Part shown: positions 17,478 to 27,932 of the stretch, piece after piece
Layout: each line of letters opens with the position of its first letter
Position numbering within the stretch: the stretch's first letter is position 1
Translations under genes and position numbers: made by a program
The notes under the pieces: model-generated
Database searches by the model: none
What the model was told of the DNA's origin: nothing
Seen by the model: only the letters and a program-made list of their open reading frames with translations
NCBI GenBank assembly: GCA_005804885.1
Contig: SYOX01000371.1
Span: 1-49,031 of the forward strand
From: Pseudomonadota bacterium
GTDB lineage: Bacteria; Myxococcota_A; Bradymonadia; Bradymonadales; GCA-2716585
Direction: 5' to 3'
Length of the DNA: 49,031 bases

Positions 17478-18515
17478 TCACTCGGCCTCCAGGCCGCCCA
17501 CCTCGACCCCCGCAAGCTCCATCAGGATGCACATGCCCAGCGCATTGCAGGCCGGCTCGCCCTCGGGCTGGCAGGGATAGGGGAAGCCCTCCTCAAGGCG
17601 GACGTCGTAGCCGCCGACGAAGGAGACCACGGTGTCGACGGACTCCTCCGGGGGCTTGTCCAGCGGGAAGACGTTGGAGATGGCGCCACAGATCGCGGGC
17701 GCGTCCTCGCCGCTGCAGCCGCTCTGGATGTCCCGCAGCAGCCCTATGACGCCGTCCTCGTCGATGTAGCCGGTCAGGACGCCGCTGACCATCCCCGCCC
17801 CTGGCCCGTCCGCGAAGACCTGGCCGGTGATCAGGGTGTGGATCAGGTGCAGGTTGACCAGGAAGCCGAGGAAGGGCACCGTCACGAAGAACTCGCCCTC
17901 CGGCGTCTCAAGCCAGCCCCCGTCCACGGCGGTCGCCGGGTAGTCCATGCGGAGCGCGCCCTCAGGGTCGCCGTCGACGAAGGAGCTTCTCTTGACGAGC
18001 AGCTCTCCCTGGGCGCCGACCCGCCCCTCGTAGAAGCGCAGGTCCACCGACTCAAGCGCGCCGCTACCCTGCCCCGCCTCCCAGCCCTTCATCTGGGCCA
18101 TGAGCAGCAGCGGGATCTGGCCGTCCGGCCCCGGCTTCAAGAACTGCTCCAGCCCGCCCGCCAGCTGGATCAGGCTGTTGAGCCCCGTCCCGACCTTCGC
18201 GCCGTGGACGATGCACCCTGAGCTGCGGGCCTCGCGGGCCGTCTCGGGCATGATCATCGTCACCACGCGACCCGCCGGGCCAAAGTCGTTCTGCGGCGAG
18301 AGCGGCGCAGAAATATCAACGATCACCTCGGGTTGCGCCTCAGGCTCCGGCTCGACGACCTCCGGCTCAGGCTCCGGCTCCGGACGCGGGACGGGCTCTG
18401 GCTCCGGGTTCGGTTCGCAGGCTTGCCCCGGACACTCCTGCTCCGCCGGCTCGGCCGACTCCTCGCCGCCACACCCCGACAGCGCGACAAGCGCGCACAA
18501 CACCCACCTCGACAT
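17478..18515 (-). CDS. hypothetical lipoprotein
   Basis: Internal ATG giving MSRWVLCALVALSGCGG (lipobox LSGC). PEPEP-rich linker, then a globular domain. Convergent with the upstream plus-strand gene. Confidence 0.6.
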   Translation of the reverse strand: MSRWVLCALVALSGCGGEESAEPAEQECPGQACEPNPEPEPVPRPEPEPEPEVVEPEPEAQPEVIVDISAPLSPQNDFGPAGRVVTMIMPETAREARSSGCIVHGAKVGTGLNSLIQLAGGLEQFLKPGPDGQIPLLLMAQMKGWEAGQGSGALESVDLRFYEGRVGAQGELLVKRSSFVDGDPEGALRMDYPATAVDGGWLETPEGEFFVTVPFLGFLVNLHLIHTLITGQVFADGPGAGMVSGVLTGYIDEDGVIGLLRDIQSGCSGEDAPAICGAISNVFPLDKPPEESVDTVVSFVGGYDVRLEEGFPYPCQPEGEPACNALGMCILMELAGVEVGGLEAE

Positions 18516-18680
18516 CTTCAAAGCGCCACCTTCGATTGCGCCCGGCCTCGAACACCTCCAGGCATCATAGCGAGGGCACGCCGAGATTTCACCCCGAAGC
18601 CGCACCAGAGCGACGATCCCTGCCACCTCCGGGCTTGAGGCGAGGATCCGACGCCGAAGTCGGGCGACCCGCGGCGGGGC

Positions 18681-18864
18681 GGCTCGTCGCCGTCATCGCG
18701 CCGCGGGCGTAGGAGCGGCGGGACGGCTCGTCGCCGTCATCGCGCTGCGGGCGTAGGAGCGGTGGGACAGTTCGCCGCCGTCATCGCGCCGAGGGCGGAA
18801 GATCGCGCGGCGGGGTGGCTCGTCGCCGTCATCGCGCCGCGGGCGGAGGATCGCGCGGCGGCGG
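18681..18864. repeat. 4 x ~44-48-bp GC-rich tandem repeat (core GGCTCGTCGCCGTCATCGCGCCGCGGGCG + 15-19 nt)
   Basis: Cores at about 18681, 18725, 18769 (degenerate) and 18817. Periods are 44, 44 and 48 nt, so mostly not multiples of 3. The inter-core segments are also mutually similar (taggagcggcgggac / taggagcggtgggac / gaagatcgcgcggcgggg / gaggatcgcgcggcggcgg). Confidence 0.75.
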
Positions 18865-19155
18865 CCGCAGGATGAGGCCCGACTTGCGGGCGCGATCAAA
18901 GACGCCGCGGGCGTAATCGCCGCCAGACGCCGCCGCGTCGCCGACCGGCGGCCCCGCCTCGACGCCCTCCCCCGCCGCGCACAGGTCGCGGGCCTCGTCG
19001 CTGATGATCACCCTGTCGGTCCCATCGCCCCCGCAGGGCGGCCCCTGACCCTCCCCGCCCTCGGAGTGGTGCTCGAGATCGGGATCGGGGTCGATGTCTT
19101 GAAGGCGCTGGACGCGCTCCTCGGTGATCCTGCCGCTGGAGATGCGAGTGATCAT
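18829..19155 (-). CDS. possible small hypothetical protein (108 aa); its 3' end runs into the tandem repeat
   Basis: ATG start, high GC3, MITRISSGRITEERVQRLQDIDPDPD... The SD is weak and the C-terminus overlaps the repeat array, so it may be non-coding. Confidence 0.3.
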   Translation of the reverse strand: MITRISSGRITEERVQRLQDIDPDPDLEHHSEGGEGQGPPCGGDGTDRVIISDEARDLCAAGEGVEAGPPVGDAAASGGDYARGVFDRARKSGLILRPPPRDPPPAAR

Positions 19156-19294
19156 GGGTCAGCCCTTGTCTTCGAGGTCCACCCTGGTCTTATCGGCCAG
19201 TCGGCGACGAAACTTGAGCCAGGGCGAGGAGCGGGCGTCGGGGCGTGGCGCAGCCCGACGGCGCCCTGAAAGGTCGACAGGCTGGCGCCGAGCG

Positions 19295-20671
19295 TCAGCG
19301 CCCGAAGCGCGGGGCCGGCCCGAGCCGCATCTTGAGCCCGGTGGCGGGCCTGAGGGTCACGTGGGCCTCGGGCACGATGGTCTGGCCGACGGCCAGATCC
19401 AGCTCGACCTGCTGGAGCAGCGTCGCCAGGACCAGCCTCGCCTCCATCATGGCGAAGTTATCGCCGATGCACTTGCGCTGGCCGGCGCTGAAGGGCGAGT
19501 AGGCCAGCTTCGGCACCGCGTCGAAGCGCTCGGGCAGGAAGCGATCGGGATCAAAGCCCTCGGGGTTGTCCCAATACTCGGGGCTGCGGTGGGTCGCCCA
19601 GGTGTTGATGACGACGTAATGGTCCTTGTTCAGCCGCCACCCGTCGATCTCGTCTTCGTCCACGACGGTGCGCGCGACCATGGGGACGGGCGGGTAGAGC
19701 CGCATCGACTCCTTGATCACCCGCTCAAGGAATGGCAGCTGGCCCAGGTCGTCGATGGTCGGCGCTCGGCCTTCGAGCACCTCGGCCAGCTCCGCCACCA
19801 CGCGGCGGCGCTCGGCGGGGTGCTGCGACAGCAGCATCAAGGTCCAGGTCAGCGTCATCGCCGTGGTCTCGTGCCCGGCCAGGAACATCGTCATGACCTC
19901 GTCGTGGAGTTGCCCGTCGGTCATCCGCTCGCCTGTCTCCTCATCCTGGACGGCCATGAACATGCTCAAGAGATCGCCCCGATCCCTGTCGTCGGCCCGC
20001 CGCTCGTCGATGATCCCCTGGACGACCTGATCGAGCACCGCCTTGGAGCGCCGAAAGCGCATCTTGGACGGCGTGGGCAGAGCGTCGGTCAAGGGCAGCG
20101 AGCGCGTCTGCACCGCGACAAACTCAAGCACCTCCTCGACCGCGTCGCCGACCTGCGACGAGGCCCCCGTCACGTCGACGCCCAGCAGCGCCTCGCCGAC
20201 GATCCGCAGCGTCAACCCCATCATCGCCTCGTTGACCTCGACGACCTCCCGCCTGGCCACCGCCTCCCCCCACCCCTCCCCCATCTCCTGGGTCGCCTTG
20301 ACCATCCCCTCGCCGAGCATCGCGAGGCGCTTGCGGTGGAAGGCCGGCTGCGCGATCCGGCGCTGCCGCATCCAGAAGTCGCCCTCGCTCGTGACCAGCC
20401 CATTGCCCAGCACCTTGCGGATCATCTGATAGCCGCGGGTCTGCTTGGTGTAGTTGCGGGCATTCTTGATCAGGATGTGCTGGACGTGCTCGGGCTGGTG
20501 GACCACCACCAGCCTGCGCCGCCCGAGCCTGACCTCCACGATGGGGTAGCGCATCGACAGCGACATCAACCAGGAGAGCGGATTGCGCTTGAGCGCGAGG
20601 AAGGAGCGGTAGGAGCTCTCGTCGTGCTGAGGCAAGGGGCGAGCGGGCTGAATCGCGGCGGGCACGAGCAT
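19295..20671 (-). CDS. cytochrome P450 monooxygenase
   Basis: Heme-binding loop FSAGQRKCIGDNFA (FxxGxRxCxG). K-helix ESMRLYPPVP (ExxR). I-helix AGHETT. Internal ATG (MLVPAAIQ...) chosen as the start. Confidence 0.9.
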   Translation of the reverse strand: MLVPAAIQPARPLPQHDESSYRSFLALKRNPLSWLMSLSMRYPIVEVRLGRRRLVVVHQPEHVQHILIKNARNYTKQTRGYQMIRKVLGNGLVTSEGDFWMRQRRIAQPAFHRKRLAMLGEGMVKATQEMGEGWGEAVARREVVEVNEAMMGLTLRIVGEALLGVDVTGASSQVGDAVEEVLEFVAVQTRSLPLTDALPTPSKMRFRRSKAVLDQVVQGIIDERRADDRDRGDLLSMFMAVQDEETGERMTDGQLHDEVMTMFLAGHETTAMTLTWTLMLLSQHPAERRRVVAELAEVLEGRAPTIDDLGQLPFLERVIKESMRLYPPVPMVARTVVDEDEIDGWRLNKDHYVVINTWATHRSPEYWDNPEGFDPDRFLPERFDAVPKLAYSPFSAGQRKCIGDNFAMMEARLVLATLLQQVELDLAVGQTIVPEAHVTLRPATGLKMRLGPAPRFGR

Positions 20672-20703
20672 GGCGGCCTCCCAGGGCTTCTGGCTTGAAA
20701 AGT

Positions 20704-20750
20704 TGAGCAATCGCTCATATCCTGCCCTTGAAAATATGAGCCTTTGCTCA
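20704..20750. promoter_or_regulatory. two TetR-type operator candidates (TGAGCAATCGCTCA and TGAGCCTTTGCTCA), each preceded by CTTGAAAA, in the divergent P450/TetR intergenic region
   Basis: Inverted repeats TGAGC-N4-GCTCA at about 20704-20717 and 20737-20750. The TTGAAAA-N-TGAGC unit occurs twice. The region is locally AT-rich. Confidence 0.5.
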
Positions 20751-20784
20751 GTTCTTCAACTCGTGTTTGTCAAGGAGCCCGAAG

Positions 20785-21414
20785 ATGGCCGCAAGACGCC
20801 CCGTCGATCCCCGCCGCAAGCCCGTCCAGCAGCGCGCCCAGGAGACCGTCGACGTCATCCTGAAGGCGACGGCTCAGGTTCTGGTCAAGGAGGGCTACGA
20901 CAAGGCGACGACCAACCGCATCGCCGCCGCCGCCGGGGTGAGCATCGGCACGCTCTACCAGTACTTCCCCAACAAGGAGTCGCTGGTGGTGGCGCTCTCG
21001 CGGCGCCACACCGACGAGATGATGAAGCTCCTCTCAGGCATGATCGTCGACCTGCGCGACGCCCCGCCCAGGCAGGCCACCCGCGCGCTGATCAAGGCCA
21101 TGTGCGACGCCCACGCCGTCGACCCGGCCCTGCACAAGGTCCTCGTCGAGCACCTCCCCCAGGCGACCTTCTTTGAGCGGATCCACGACGTCGGCCACAA
21201 GGCCCACCAGATCGTCCGCCATTACCTGGAGGCCCACCGAGAGCGGATCATCCCCCAGGATCTCGACATGGCCGCCTTCCTCGTCGTCACCACCGTCGAG
21301 GCCACCACCCACGCCGCCGTCCTCCAACGCCAGGACATGCTCCTCAACGACGACCTCGTCGATCAGATCACAAGGCTTGTCCACCAGTACCTCTTCGTCG
21401 CCGATCCCAGCTGA
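20785..21414 (+). CDS. TetR/AcrR-family transcriptional regulator
   Basis: N-terminal HTH (ATTNRIAAAAGVSIGTLYQYFPNKESL). AAGGAG SD 7 nt upstream of the ATG. Divergent from the P450 gene. Confidence 0.85.
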   Translation: MAARRPVDPRRKPVQQRAQETVDVILKATAQVLVKEGYDKATTNRIAAAAGVSIGTLYQYFPNKESLVVALSRRHTDEMMKLLSGMIVDLRDAPPRQATRALIKAMCDAHAVDPALHKVLVEHLPQATFFERIHDVGHKAHQIVRHYLEAHRERIIPQDLDMAAFLVVTTVEATTHAAVLQRQDMLLNDDLVDQITRLVHQYLFVADPS

Positions 21415-21484
21415 TCGGGCAGCCCAGACCGACTGCCGAAGGCCCGATCCACGCCCAAATTACACTCACGATAAATTTTTACTG

Positions 21485-21513
21485 TTGACATGTAACTTGT
21501 CGGGCCCTAGATA
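21485..21513 (+). promoter_or_regulatory. sigma70-like promoter (TTGACA-17 nt-TAGATA) driving the long fhs leader
   Basis: Consensus -35 TTGACA, a 17-nt spacer and a -10 TAGATA in an AT-rich island. About 250 nt upstream of the fhs ATG. Confidence 0.45.
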
Positions 21514-21519
21514 AGGGGT

Positions 21520-21765
21520 ATCTCGGGTCTTGGCTGCGCGGCTGCCCCCCTGAGGTTACAGGGGGTTGCCCTGGATCTGATCAATGGCCCAAACCATACA
21601 GCCACCCCACGGGCCACGGATTCAAGGCGGTAAGACCCCATGTAGTCTCAGGCGGACAGCCGCGCAGCCGCGCAGGCCGCCCCACGGCGGCCTCCTGCGC
21701 GAGGGTCTTGAATCCCGCGCGGCGCTGACGCACACTCCGGGTCCACCCTGACCGGAGTTCCCGAC
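21520..21765 (+). ncRNA. structured 5' leader of fhs; candidate cis-regulatory RNA / riboswitch, class unassigned
   Basis: Long-range helix GGATTCAAG(gcggt)AAGACCC ... GGGTCTTGAATCC encloses nested GC hairpins (GGCCGCC-ccac-GGCGGCC; CGCGCAGG...CCTGCGCG). Terminal hairpin ACTCCGG-N11-CCGGAGT contains the GGAG SD 9 nt before the ATG. Confidence 0.35.
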
Positions 21766-23418
<1,653 letters not shown>

Positions 23419-23462
23419 GGCCGCCGCCCCCTCGCCGTGACAAGAAAAACCTGTTTAAACAA

Positions 23463-25190
23463 ATGTTTACACGAGAACAAAGGCCAACATCACCCCGCGA
23501 GGACATAAAGAGGTGGGCGTCGCTTGCGTCGCTGGCGGCGCTGATCGGGCTCGTCGGGGCTTGCGGCGAGCCCCCTGGCGAGCCCGCGGCGCCCGCCGAG
23601 CCCGAGGCGGCGCCGATGGACGCGGGGGTGGAGGGCGAGGACGCGGGAGCGGAAGGCGGGGACGCGGAGGTGGAGGGCGGGGACGCCGACGCGCCGCTCT
23701 GCGAGGGCTCGGATCGGCCGCCGCCCTGCCCGCCGGCCCCGCGCCCCGCCTTCGAGGCGCGCTCCATCGTGGCCGCCGAGGTGCCGTCGGTCTTCTCGCT
23801 GGCGGGCTCCGAGGCCGGTGAGGGCGAGATCGTCGCCGCGTCCGTCGACTTCGGAGACGGGAGCGCGTTGGTGGTCGTCGAGGACGTCGCCGCCGAGATC
23901 GAGCACACCTTCGCGGCGGCCGGCGAGGTGCTGGTGACCGTCTCGATGACCAACAGCGCAGGGGCGCGAGGGGTGCTTGAGGCGCCCCTGAGGGTCGAGG
24001 AGCCCGCCCGCGACATCCTGATCGTCTACAACGCCGCCCTGCCCCAGAGCGAGGCGCTCGCCCTGGCCTACGCCTCGCCGCGAACAGGGCGCGCCGTCGC
24101 CGTCGACGACGGCCTCCTGCTCGGGCTGGAGCTGCCCGAGGGGCCGGCGGTGGACCGCGACACCTACCGGGCGCTGATCCGCGCGCCGATCCTGGAGAGG
24201 CTCGACGCGATGGGGCTGCGCCGCCAGGTGCGCACCATCCTGCTGATCAAGGGCGTGCCGCACCAGATCCGGGGCGAGCGCGAGTTCGAGACCAGCTCGA
24301 CCTTCTCGTCGGTCGACAGCGAGCTGTGCCTGCTGACCTCCGACGGGGACTATCCCCTGGAGGGCTGGCTGTGGAACGGCCCGCGCTATCAGGACTTTTC
24401 GGGCGGCGGGCTCTACCTGGCCGAGGATCGAGGCTTCGCCCACCAGCGCTTCACGGCCAGCTCCCGGCAAGGCCGGCTCTTCAACATCGACTACCTCGTC
24501 GGCCGCCTCGACGGGTACACCTTCGAGGACGCGCGGGCCATCCTCGACCGCGCGCTCAGGGCCGACGCCAGCGCCGAGGGCTGGGTGATCCTCGACAGCA
24601 GCCCCGAGCGGCGCGGCCTGGACACGATGGTCGACCCCGTCTTCCCGGAGGTCGAGGGCGACGCTCAGGAGAGCGCCGAGGAGGTCTTGCTCCGGTCAGG
24701 GATCAAGGTCTTCGCCGACGCCGGCCCCGAGCGCCTCTTCGCGGCGAACCCGGCCGTGGTCTTCCCCGAGGGCGCCGCCGAGCGGGTCATCGCCTACGCG
24801 GGATGGGGCGTCAACCACGTCAGCGGCGCGTGGCCCTCCGGCCCGCGCTACATCCTCGACGACCTGGGCCTGGGGTGGTTGCCCGGCGCCGCCTTCATCA
24901 GCTACGAGAGCTTCAACGGGACGGCGCTCGACGGCGCGGCCCTGGAGGCCGACGTCGGGCTTCGGCGCGGACAGGGGCAGATCGCGGACTTCTTGCGCGC
25001 CGGCGGCACCGTGGCCATCGGCAATGCCTGGGAGCCCTTCAGCGTCGGGGTCGGGGACGAGCGCCACATCTTCAAGCGCTACCTCGTCGACGGCGATCCC
25101 TGGATCGAGGCGGCCTACAAGGGCCTCAGGATGCTCAGCTGGCAGCAGATCGTGATCGGCGATCCGCTCTGCCGGGCCCGCCGCCCATGA
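23463..25190 (+). CDS. hypothetical lipoprotein with a PKD-like domain and a large conserved C-terminal domain
   Basis: Lipoprotein signal (LASLAALIGLVGAC). Acidic linker. PKD-like segment (ASVDFGDGSALVVVEDVAAEIEHTF). About 400 aa of globular sequence. Confidence 0.7.
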   Translation: MFTREQRPTSPREDIKRWASLASLAALIGLVGACGEPPGEPAAPAEPEAAPMDAGVEGEDAGAEGGDAEVEGGDADAPLCEGSDRPPPCPPAPRPAFEARSIVAAEVPSVFSLAGSEAGEGEIVAASVDFGDGSALVVVEDVAAEIEHTFAAAGEVLVTVSMTNSAGARGVLEAPLRVEEPARDILIVYNAALPQSEALALAYASPRTGRAVAVDDGLLLGLELPEGPAVDRDTYRALIRAPILERLDAMGLRRQVRTILLIKGVPHQIRGEREFETSSTFSSVDSELCLLTSDGDYPLEGWLWNGPRYQDFSGGGLYLAEDRGFAHQRFTASSRQGRLFNIDYLVGRLDGYTFEDARAILDRALRADASAEGWVILDSSPERRGLDTMVDPVFPEVEGDAQESAEEVLLRSGIKVFADAGPERLFAANPAVVFPEGAAERVIAYAGWGVNHVSGAWPSGPRYILDDLGLGWLPGAAFISYESFNGTALDGAALEADVGLRRGQGQIADFLRAGGTVAIGNAWEPFSVGVGDERHIFKRYLVDGDPWIEAAYKGLRMLSWQQIVIGDPLCRARRP

Positions 25191-25329
25191 GGGGACAGTT
25201 CAGATGGCGTCGGGCCGAGGCGGCACGCGATGCGCCGCGCCGCAGGCGGCGGCTCAAGGGGCCGGGGCGTCTGGTGATGGACAGGAGAGGCGGCGGGCCT
25301 TGCGGGCGAGCCACCTCGGAGGAGCGCAG

Positions 25330-27891
25330 ATGAAGGTGACCTTTCTTGGGGGGGCCGACGAGGTCGGCGCCTCGTGCACGGTGGTGGAGATCTCGGGGCG
25401 GCGGATCCTGGTGGATTGCGGCATTCGAATGTCAGCGCCGGGCGAAGGGTCGCTCCCGGATCTGAAGATGTTGAATGATCTCGGGGAGATCGAGGCGGTC
25501 ATCTTGACCCACGCCCACCTCGATCACGTCGGCGGGATGCCGGCCTTCTACGGCGCGTCGAGGACGGCGCCGATCTACATGACCCCGGCGACGCTCCAGA
25601 TCAGCGCGATCATGCTGGCCGACGCGCTCAAGATCATGGAGTTGCAGCAGAAGGAGCTTGGGATCGCGCCGATCTACCCGCCCGAGGCCGTCGAGCGGGT
25701 CATCCAGGCGGCCCGCTGCGTGCCCTTCGGGCACACGGTCGAGCTCTTCGAGGGTTCGGTCAGGATGCAGTTCCTGCCGGCGGGGCACATCCTGGGCGCG
25801 GCCTCGGTGATCCTGGAGGGGGAGGACGGGACGATCTACATGACGGGCGACGTCTCGGTGACCGACCAGATCGCGATCCCGGGCATGATCGTGCCCGAGC
25901 GGCTCAGGCCGGATCTGGTGGTGATCGAGTCGACCTACGGGGGGCGAGCGCACGCGGGGCGGGCGAGCGAGGAGGCGCGGATCATCGAGCAGGTCGCGGA
26001 GGTGATCGGCCAGGGAGGCGCGGTGCTCTTCCCGGCCTTCGCGGTGGGGAGGGCGCAGGAGGTGATCCTGATCCTGTCCAGGGCCATCGAGGAGGGTCGT
26101 CTGCCCAGGGGGGTGCCGATCTACGTCGACGGGCTGGTGCGGCAGATCTGCAAGGTGTACTCGTCGCAGGCCAGCATCCTGACGCCGTGGCTGCGCAAGC
26201 GCGTCGAGCGGGTGGGCAACCCCTTCTTCTACGAGGGCGCGCCGACGCTGCCGGTGTGGGACCCCGGCGATCGGAACAAGGTGACGTCGGTCAGGCCGGC
26301 GATCATCGTGGCCTCGTCGGGGATGTTGACGGGGGGGCCGAGCCAGCTCTACGCCCGAGGGCTGGCCGACGATCCGCGCAGCCTGATTGCGATCACCGGA
26401 TATCAAGACGAGGAGTCACCTGGGCGCAAGCTTCAGGAGGTGGCGGCGGCCGGCGGAGGGACGCTGAAGCTGGGCGACGGCGAGGTGACGCTCAAGTGCC
26501 GGGTGGGGACCTATGGGTTGAGCGCGCACGCGGACACGCGGGAGCTCGTCGAGGTGCTCGCGGCGCTCAAGCCGCGCAAGGTGGCGCTGGTGCACGGCGA
26601 CAGCGGGGCGCGCAAGGCCCTGGAGGAGGCCATCGAGTCGGCCAGGGCCGGCGCGGTGATCCGACCGAAGGCCGGGGACACGATCGAGATCGAGGGTGCG
26701 GCGGGTCGGACGCTGGCGCGAAGGTCGGCGGCGGTCGTTGACGCGGCCGTGTCGGTCGAGGCGCTTCCGGAGGTGGCCAGCGCGCTGCTCCTGCGCGACG
26801 GCGCGAACCAGGAGTATACGCTCCAGGAGATCTTGTGGGGGCTGGGCGGCGCGGAGGCGACGCTGGATGAGGGGATGATCGACGCGATGGGGGCGGCGCT
26901 GGGTCAGAAGGGATCGCCCTTCAAGCGGGACAAGAAGAGGCCCTTCATCTATCGGGTGCGGGTGCTTGACGGTGGGGGGGGCGGGCTTCACCTGAGCGGC
27001 GAGTCTCGCAAGGCGCAGCGCAAGAAGGTGCAGGTGGAGGTGACGCGCCTGCTGGAGCGGGTCGCGGAGGTCTTTCCGCCCGAGACGGGCGTCTACAAGC
27101 GCAAGGTCAGGCGAGTCAACCATGTGATCGTGCTCTTCTTCCCCTTCCCCGCCATCGCCAGGGAGCTCCACCGGGAGCGGATGGAGGCGCTGGCCGAGGA
27201 GACGGGCTGGTCCTTCGTCGTCCGAGATACGCCGCACCAGGGGGCGCTGGTGGAGGCGGCGCGCGAGGCGCTGCCGACGTCCTGGGCGATCAAGGGCAGC
27301 CCCGCGCTGCACGTCGAGGCGGGCCGGGTGGCGGTGAAGGTCGAGGGGGATGGCGTCGACGAGTCCGCGCTGGCGGAGGTCAAGGCGGCCTTCAAGGCCC
27401 GCACGGCCTTCACCCTCGACGTCGAGCTTGTCGGGGGGCCAGGGTTGAGCGCCGCCCCGGTCGCGGAGGTCGGAGGAGTGGGATCGGCGCAGCGGCCGAG
27501 GTTGGAGATCAACAAGACCTATGAGATCATCCGCGAGGGCTTCGAGGGGCAGGCGCACGCGCCGTTCAAGGTGAGCCTCAAGGGCGATCACGTCGAGGTG
27601 GCCTTCATCAGCCCCGTGATCGGGGAGCGCTACAGGGAGCGGCTCGACGCGCTGGAGGGGGTCACGGGCTGGCCGCTGCAGGTGCGCCCCCAGGCGGATC
27701 AACATCGGATCAAGGAGCTGGCCAAGGCGCTCGTGCCGGAGGGCTGGCGGTCGATCAAGGAGCCGGGCTTTCGCCAGGAGGACGAGAGCGTCACGCTGAG
27801 GATCGACCGCCCCTTGCCGCCCGACGAGCGGCGTCACATGGAGGCCGACTTCTGGGAGGCGTGCGGCTACAAGTTGATCGTCAAGAATTGA
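25330..27891 (+). CDS. beta-CASP family MBL-fold ribonuclease (RNase J/CPSF-like) with a ~400-aa C-terminal extension
   Basis: MKVTFLGGADEVGASCTVVE...ILVDCG...VILTHAHLDHVGG (HxHxDH). beta-CASP motifs (D...H...H). ATG with a GGAGGAG SD. The extension holds two related modules (HVIVLFFPFPAIARELHRERMEALAEETGWSFVV / HVEVAFISPVIGERYRERLDALEGVTGWPLQV). Confidence 0.8.
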   Translation: MKVTFLGGADEVGASCTVVEISGRRILVDCGIRMSAPGEGSLPDLKMLNDLGEIEAVILTHAHLDHVGGMPAFYGASRTAPIYMTPATLQISAIMLADALKIMELQQKELGIAPIYPPEAVERVIQAARCVPFGHTVELFEGSVRMQFLPAGHILGAASVILEGEDGTIYMTGDVSVTDQIAIPGMIVPERLRPDLVVIESTYGGRAHAGRASEEARIIEQVAEVIGQGGAVLFPAFAVGRAQEVILILSRAIEEGRLPRGVPIYVDGLVRQICKVYSSQASILTPWLRKRVERVGNPFFYEGAPTLPVWDPGDRNKVTSVRPAIIVASSGMLTGGPSQLYARGLADDPRSLIAITGYQDEESPGRKLQEVAAAGGGTLKLGDGEVTLKCRVGTYGLSAHADTRELVEVLAALKPRKVALVHGDSGARKALEEAIESARAGAVIRPKAGDTIEIEGAAGRTLARRSAAVVDAAVSVEALPEVASALLLRDGANQEYTLQEILWGLGGAEATLDEGMIDAMGAALGQKGSPFKRDKKRPFIYRVRVLDGGGGGLHLSGESRKAQRKKVQVEVTRLLERVAEVFPPETGVYKRKVRRVNHVIVLFFPFPAIARELHRERMEALAEETGWSFVVRDTPHQGALVEAAREALPTSWAIKGSPALHVEAGRVAVKVEGDGVDESALAEVKAAFKARTAFTLDVELVGGPGLSAAPVAEVGGVGSAQRPRLEINKTYEIIREGFEGQAHAPFKVSLKGDHVEVAFISPVIGERYRERLDALEGVTGWPLQVRPQADQHRIKELAKALVPEGWRSIKEPGFRQEDESVTLRIDRPLPPDERRHMEADFWEACGYKLIVKN

Positions 27892-27932
27892 CCCAGGAGG
27901 GCCGCGCGGCCCACAGCAACAAGGAAGAAGCA

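Noticed and set aside
18681-18864. Possible CRISPR array
   Set aside because: Only four units. The 'spacers' (15-19 nt) are far too short and are similar to one another. The total period (44-48 nt) is well below the CRISPR period (about 60-75 nt). No cas genes are nearby. This is a plain tandem repeat.
21520-21765. Assigning the fhs leader specifically to the ZTP (pfl) riboswitch class
   Set aside because: I could not find the conserved ZTP pseudoknot/CCUGGGC-type elements by eye. The structured-leader observation is kept as a finding, with the class left open, rather than recorded as a feature call.
25204-25329. Upstream ATG at 25204 as the start of the RNase gene (an extra 42 aa, MASGRGGTRCAAPQAAAQGAGASGDGQERRRALRASHLGGAQ)
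   Set aside because: The extension is low-complexity and Arg/Ala-rich. It overlaps the 3' end of the preceding gene. The internal ATG at 25330 has a GGAGGAG SD, and the conserved MKVTFLGG beta-lactamase-fold N-terminus starts exactly there.
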